Source of the DNA: Phoronis australis
Taxonomy: Eukaryota > Animalia > Phoronida
Assembly (NCBI GenBank): GCA_002633005.1
Contig: NMRA01000026.1
Coordinates: 152,395 to 191,227 of the forward strand
DNA length: 38,833 nt
Reading direction: 5' to 3'
The notes under the pieces are model-generated. The model saw only the letters and a program-made list of their open reading frames with translations, did not search any database and was not told where the DNA came from. The translations under genes were made by a program, and so were the position numbers. Below, piece by piece: positions 33,841 to 38,833 of the stretch (positions are counted from its first letter, which is position 1; every line of letters begins with the position of its first letter).

Positions 33841-36128
33841 TAGCCTTTTTGGCCCATTTTCACCATAGCAGAACCCAGTCAATATCCAAACGTTTGGTTT
33901 GTTTAGATATTGAATAATTTGCTGTGTAGCTTAGGCTAACATATTCTACAGTTCTTTTTATTACAGAGTGTGAACTTTTGTCTTTACTGTAGGTGAGGGT
34001 TAGAAACGTAAAATTCACAAATTTCGTAACGAGTGCCTGTTCTATGACGAGCCCTACCATTTCTCACTGATTAAGCACAACTTCCTCTAAGTGATTCTGA
34101 AAGTGACTCAAGTTATTCCAAGTCATATCAAAGCAATTGCTTACTTAATAAAATAAATTTCTTTTCTACTGTTGACAGTTGAAAATTGTAATTTTTATAA
34201 TGGCCACTGGTAACACTAAAAATGCATGAAATTCATAGACAAAAGCATACATAAATTTCTCCAAAATTGTTTTTTAATTTGCACAAGTAAATAACTCTTT
34301 GCATATGTGATTCAGTTGGCATTTGGTAAAAAAATTATTTTTAGACCGTAACACAGTCAACTCTCGAATATGGACCTTGATTGTGATTTAGCCGATAGTA
34401 TTGCGTGCGTAGATGTATGCATTGTAGTTACTCCCGATTCTTTCAAAGGTCACGTGACATTGTCTTTTAAATCAGTATTCCCGCCTTAAACTTGGCATTC
34501 GTTGTCCATGATCTGCGCACACTGCAGGTGTGTTGGCCATTAGCTGAATTTGTATGCAACGATATTTTCATGAATTTAAGTTTTTGGCACTGTTGTTGTT
34601 GTTGTTGTTCAACTTCGGAAGTGTCGCACGAAAGCAATAAACATAAACTTACTCGTTATCATTTATGAACACGCACTGTGACAGAACCCAACCAATGAGC
34701 TTAAACCAAGACTTCAATTTCAACTGGAAAACGAACTGACAAAGTTGTATGTTACATTTTCAATCGACTGTCACACATTCCTGGCCCTGGGTCTAATGTC
34801 CTTCGAGTATAAATCTTTATGTTTTAGACTATGCATAGAAAACAAACGGTTAGAGTTTTCGAGTCGAGTTCCGAGTATGAATATTAGCCTCGAGTCCGAA
34901 GGCATTGTATATGTTTCCTCCAAATATATTTTTTATCTTCAAATATTGTAATTTTGCGAGTTAAACAAAGTCTTCTAAACAGAGCGTACAAAATACTCTC
35001 TTGAAGTTCAAGGCCTTTACTCAAATCTTTTGTTCGCTTTACCAGCAAACGTCGCTCCGTGTATTTAAGGCTGCTGAACCCCAGCTTTACCTGTACTTGA
35101 ACTGTTTGGAATTGAAACTACACAATAGTTTACGAGATTTCACACAGTTTTGATTTTTCAACAAAGAAGATTTTTTTTGATGATGTTGGTTTTGGGTCAA
35201 ATAAGCAGTAGAAACCCCAGAACAGTTCAGTTGATCTTATTTAAATTTAAACCGTCTCACTCGCCAAACTCGAGCCTAGCAACCTAAACTAGCCTGAAAC
35301 ATAAACCTATTTTTACCTATTTACTTCATATGGCTTCCAGGACATTAGTGTCCCCTTCTCTTACTTTGTGGAAAGAACGTTTATTTTTTCATGTCCACGC
35401 ACATGAGTATTACATCAAAAAATAAATCGAAAGTCAACATCTTTCATTAGTCAAGTTGCTCCACCTTGCAATGTGTCATATATGAACATAGTCACAGCGG
35501 CTTGTTCAATACATCTACGATGAAATGGCAAGTTGAGCTCTCACAAAACGAATTGTAATTCTAGTACACATCGATATTAAACGAATTGGTTGATTTTAAA
35601 ATTAGAAACCAAGTGTCACGACAATACTGTTTCGTGTGCAGCAAGTACACTGTACATTTACGTAACTGCTAAAACATGATGAATCGAACCAAATTAGTAA
35701 GAGCGGTCCTTGAGCACTGCAACACGAGAAAAAAACATACCGCTCACACACTGGCTAAAACGCACGCGACTTCGCTAGCTTCTGTTAACCAACAGAAAAA
35801 TGGTCAGAAATGTGAACGGTTTGAAGTGCCACTTACATGACGGCTTGAGTTACGCTAAAGCTGGTGCATGTACGTTCTCCCTAGCATTTTGTAGACAGAC
35901 AACATGCCTCAAAGTACACACCTGTACAGTGGTAAGAGACATTTTTCATTCCTTTTCCATTTATTTTTTGCCAAAAACTCCTGACCCCTCAGAAGTTACG
36001 CCCCCTTTACATCTGACTGCAAGAACATTGAATTTGTACTGACTTGTCATCAAGGAGAGTCGGCAGTAAGAGTCGGTCGTAAATCCACCTCCAACGGGTC
36101 GTACGGAAATTCATGTAGCAATAAACTT

Positions 36129-36186
36129 CAACACAACACAACACAACAAGGCACAACACGACACTACACAACGCAATATAGCACAA
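36129..36186. repeat. Degenerate (CAACA)n microsatellite
   Basis: Read directly from the sequence. Confidence 0.8.
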
Positions 36187-36739
36187 AAAACAATGATAAT
36201 CTAAGGTAATGTTGGTTCTTATAAAAATGACAAAATTTTGCTAATCTCAGAACATGATATTTGAGTAAGAGCTTGTTAGATTCATATGAAACTCTCATGA
36301 ACTATGCTTTACAGATTGGCTTAAAAAGACACTGTTAGGAATTGTGCTTTAAATGTTTCGCATTCGCATGAGGGGTTTTCAAAATAAGACTGTCATGATT
36401 TTCATGAAAAATTTTGAAATTTCACGAAACGAAAACGAAACGATATTTCAGAAACCTCTAACTAGGTTTTTGATACCACCTTGAACATTTACTTTTACAT
36501 CAAATACAATTTGATCGTGTTATTGATACCGTAGTTTTGCAATTAATGTGATTTTCTCTTTTTCTCAATTTTATTAAAAAGACATGGTCACGTGACCAGA
36601 TTAATAACAGATTGATAAAAAGTCAGGGCTTTCTACTTTTAGAAAATACATACAGTAAAGCGGGAAAACGGAGTGTTGGAACCCTTATCTGAAATGGGCG
36701 GCAGGTAATAATGGATCACAGAGAACTGATATCAGAATG

Positions 36740-36998
36740 NNNNNNNNNNNNNNNNNNNNNNNNNNNNNNNNNNNNNNNNNNNNNNNNNNNNNNNNNNNNN
36801 NNNNNNNNNNNNNNNNNNNNNNNNNNNNNNNNNNNNNNNNNNNNNNNNNNNNNNNNNNNNNNNNNNNNNNNNNNNNNNNNNNNNNNNNNNNNNNNNNNNN
36901 NNNNNNNNNNNNNNNNNNNNNNNNNNNNNNNNNNNNNNNNNNNNNNNNNNNNNNNNNNNNNNNNNNNNNNNNNNNNNNNNNNNNNNNNNNNNNNNNNN
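36740..36998. other. Assembly gap (N run)
   Basis: Run of n. Confidence 1.
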
Positions 36999-38066
36999 GT
37001 CACATTTCTTGATAATGAAGACTTGTTGATTGACAGGTATATTAAACACGAATAATTTTGAGAACTTCTATTTTGTAAATGGATTCTTTGGAGTGAGCAG
37101 TGAATAAATGTCCTAAAATGGACAAAAAGATCTCTAAGACATTGGCTGAATTGAAAAAAGTTGAGGTGAAAACACAGGCGTAACTTGAGAATGGAAGTTC
37201 TGTTTTCCTTCTCGGTTGCTTCAGTACGGACAATGGTACAACTTGTTAGCATATAAAATTAGTGAGGTAGAACGCGTTATCAAAATTTGTGCAGCAGCGA
37301 CTACCATTGCCGTAATAAGACGGAAGTTTAAGAAATAAAATTTTGGAGGAACAACCCGACCTGTGTTCCTTCTGCAAGCTAGAATCTCAACCTTAGAACT
37401 TTCCGTTGAAAATCTTTGTGCTCGCGAGTGCTACCCAAATTTCTAAAAGCGAAAGTTTACTTTTTGTGGAAACATCTGCAGAAACAGAATATAAAGTTTT
37501 AATTTCATTTGTTCAACAAATTTTCTGAAAAGTAGTAACATGGAAGAACATAACAAAGCATGGGAAATTATTCCTACGTCTCATGTGACGATCACACAGA
37601 CCATTTTTCAGCGTGCTTGAATATTTTTCGATTTTTACTTTATCGCATACGAATAAAAAGAAATGAAGAGAAACAGCGTACACTTCGCAGATAGACCTCA
37701 ACGCTAAATGAAATGCTAGGATTGAGCGATTATTAATTGATATCATGTCAAACTTGATTTTGCAAGCGCAAAACAGTCACATCAGAAAATCGTTTTTATG
37801 CAACCGTTGTCTACAGACATTATCAAATATTTTTTTTACAAAAAGAAATTCATAATACTGTAAACGCGCTTATGTTAGACGAATTTCAAAATTCCCAGAG
37901 TCCCTCAAATCACCGAGCAATCATCTTCCTACAAAACCAATGTTCTCGGAAAAATTTCCAAACAAAATTCATTAGTGAAACGATTGTTTTCTAAACACTA
38001 AATGCGCAACAACGCACCAAAATGTACAAACTGAGACATACATGAAACGTCAAAAGAATAGCAGCG

Positions 38067-38072
38067 TTTATT
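38067..38072 (-). terminator. Candidate polyadenylation signal of the NHL gene
   Basis: AATAAA on the - strand about 210 nt downstream of the stop. Confidence 0.45.
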
Positions 38073-38279
38073 AAAATAAATAACTTAAAACACTTGTCAC
38101 CAGTTTGAACCAATTACCACCACACATCTGACTACATGCTTCACACAAGGATAAGATTTAAACACACACATATCAAATTGCGCAGACGATATTCTAGTTC
38201 TTAAAATATCACAGTGCATATGATACATATTATATCTACACATGGCGCAGAAACAAGCGTTGTTCAGTACTACATAACG

Positions 38280-38833
38280 TTATTCCTCCAAGTACTGAAA
38301 TGTCTTCACCACACCTGTATAACACTCCACTACAGACACCTGACCCGGGGCCGGGAGACATAAACCAGTTGGAAACTGGACACCACCAGGGGGCACGATC
38401 ACGTGTGCACGTGCGTTGTTGTATAAAATCACCTGATTATTGTCAAAGTCTGCCACCAGAATGTGACCGTGTGGGTCTACACACACACCTTGCGGCCCGT
38501 TACTCAGTTGATGGGTCAGTGTGGATACAACGGCCGGCCGTGTCGGGTCTATTACATGGACACGACCGGGGTTAAACTCGCTGACCACCAACTGACCACA
38601 GTTGTCCATACACACATATTGTGGTCTGAACTCACTCAGCCCCAGGGTGGGGCCGTCCAACTGTTGGTGAATATTACAGTTAAGATCCGTTATAAGTACC
38701 CGTCCCCCGTCTTCATCACACACAACCAGTCTGTCACCGTGACATGTCACAAAGCCCCAGCCTTTATACACATCACGACACACCTTCACCACCTCACCAC
38801 GGCCATCATACCTGACAACACCCTTAATGCCCC
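38280..38833 (-). CDS. NHL-repeat beta-propeller protein (TRIM-NHL-like C-terminus), 5'-partial
   Basis: Frame is open to the window end (GIKGVVRYDGRGEVVKV...); NHL-type repeats FRPQYVCMDNCGQLVVSE, GPQGVCVDPHGHILVADFDNNQV, FPTGLCL; stop TAA at 38280-38282. Confidence 0.85.
   Translation of the reverse strand, partial: GIKGVVRYDGRGEVVKVCRDVYKGWGFVTCHGDRLVVCDEDGGRVLITDLNCNIHQQLDGPTLGLSEFRPQYVCMDNCGQLVVSEFNPGRVHVIDPTRPAVVSTLTHQLSNGPQGVCVDPHGHILVADFDNNQVILYNNARAHVIVPPGGVQFPTGLCLPAPGQVSVVECYTGVVKTFQYLEE

Noticed and set aside
36711-37252. ORFs spanning X runs
   Set aside because: Artefacts of the assembly gap.

Overview
AT-rich metazoan genomic DNA, probably a marine invertebrate (inferred from the repeat landscape), with one assembly gap at 36740-36998. 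The main feature is an intact 8-coding-exon SLC1 (EAAT/ASCT/GltPh family) transporter gene on the + strand (11797-26103, 487 aa as reconstructed by hand; all introns GT-AG, phases join without stops). Its binding site is atypical: the TM8 amino-group Asp is replaced by Gly while the Arg is kept, and TM7 YE reads NT. A chimeric, partly deleted duplicate of the gene's 3' end follows it. The 3' part of an NHL-repeat gene lies on the - strand at the window end. Mobile DNA includes a degenerate Gypsy element, a LOA/R1-like LINE 3' end, a Kolobok deletion derivative (THAP and KolX remnants), a Penelope-like remnant, a solo LTR next to a splice donor and several MITEs. The most unusual element is a tRNA-headed SINE carrying a minimal hammerhead-ribozyme motif, present as a head-to-head inverted pair in intron 5, with further hammerhead-like cores nearby. 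All calls come from manual reading; no searches were run.
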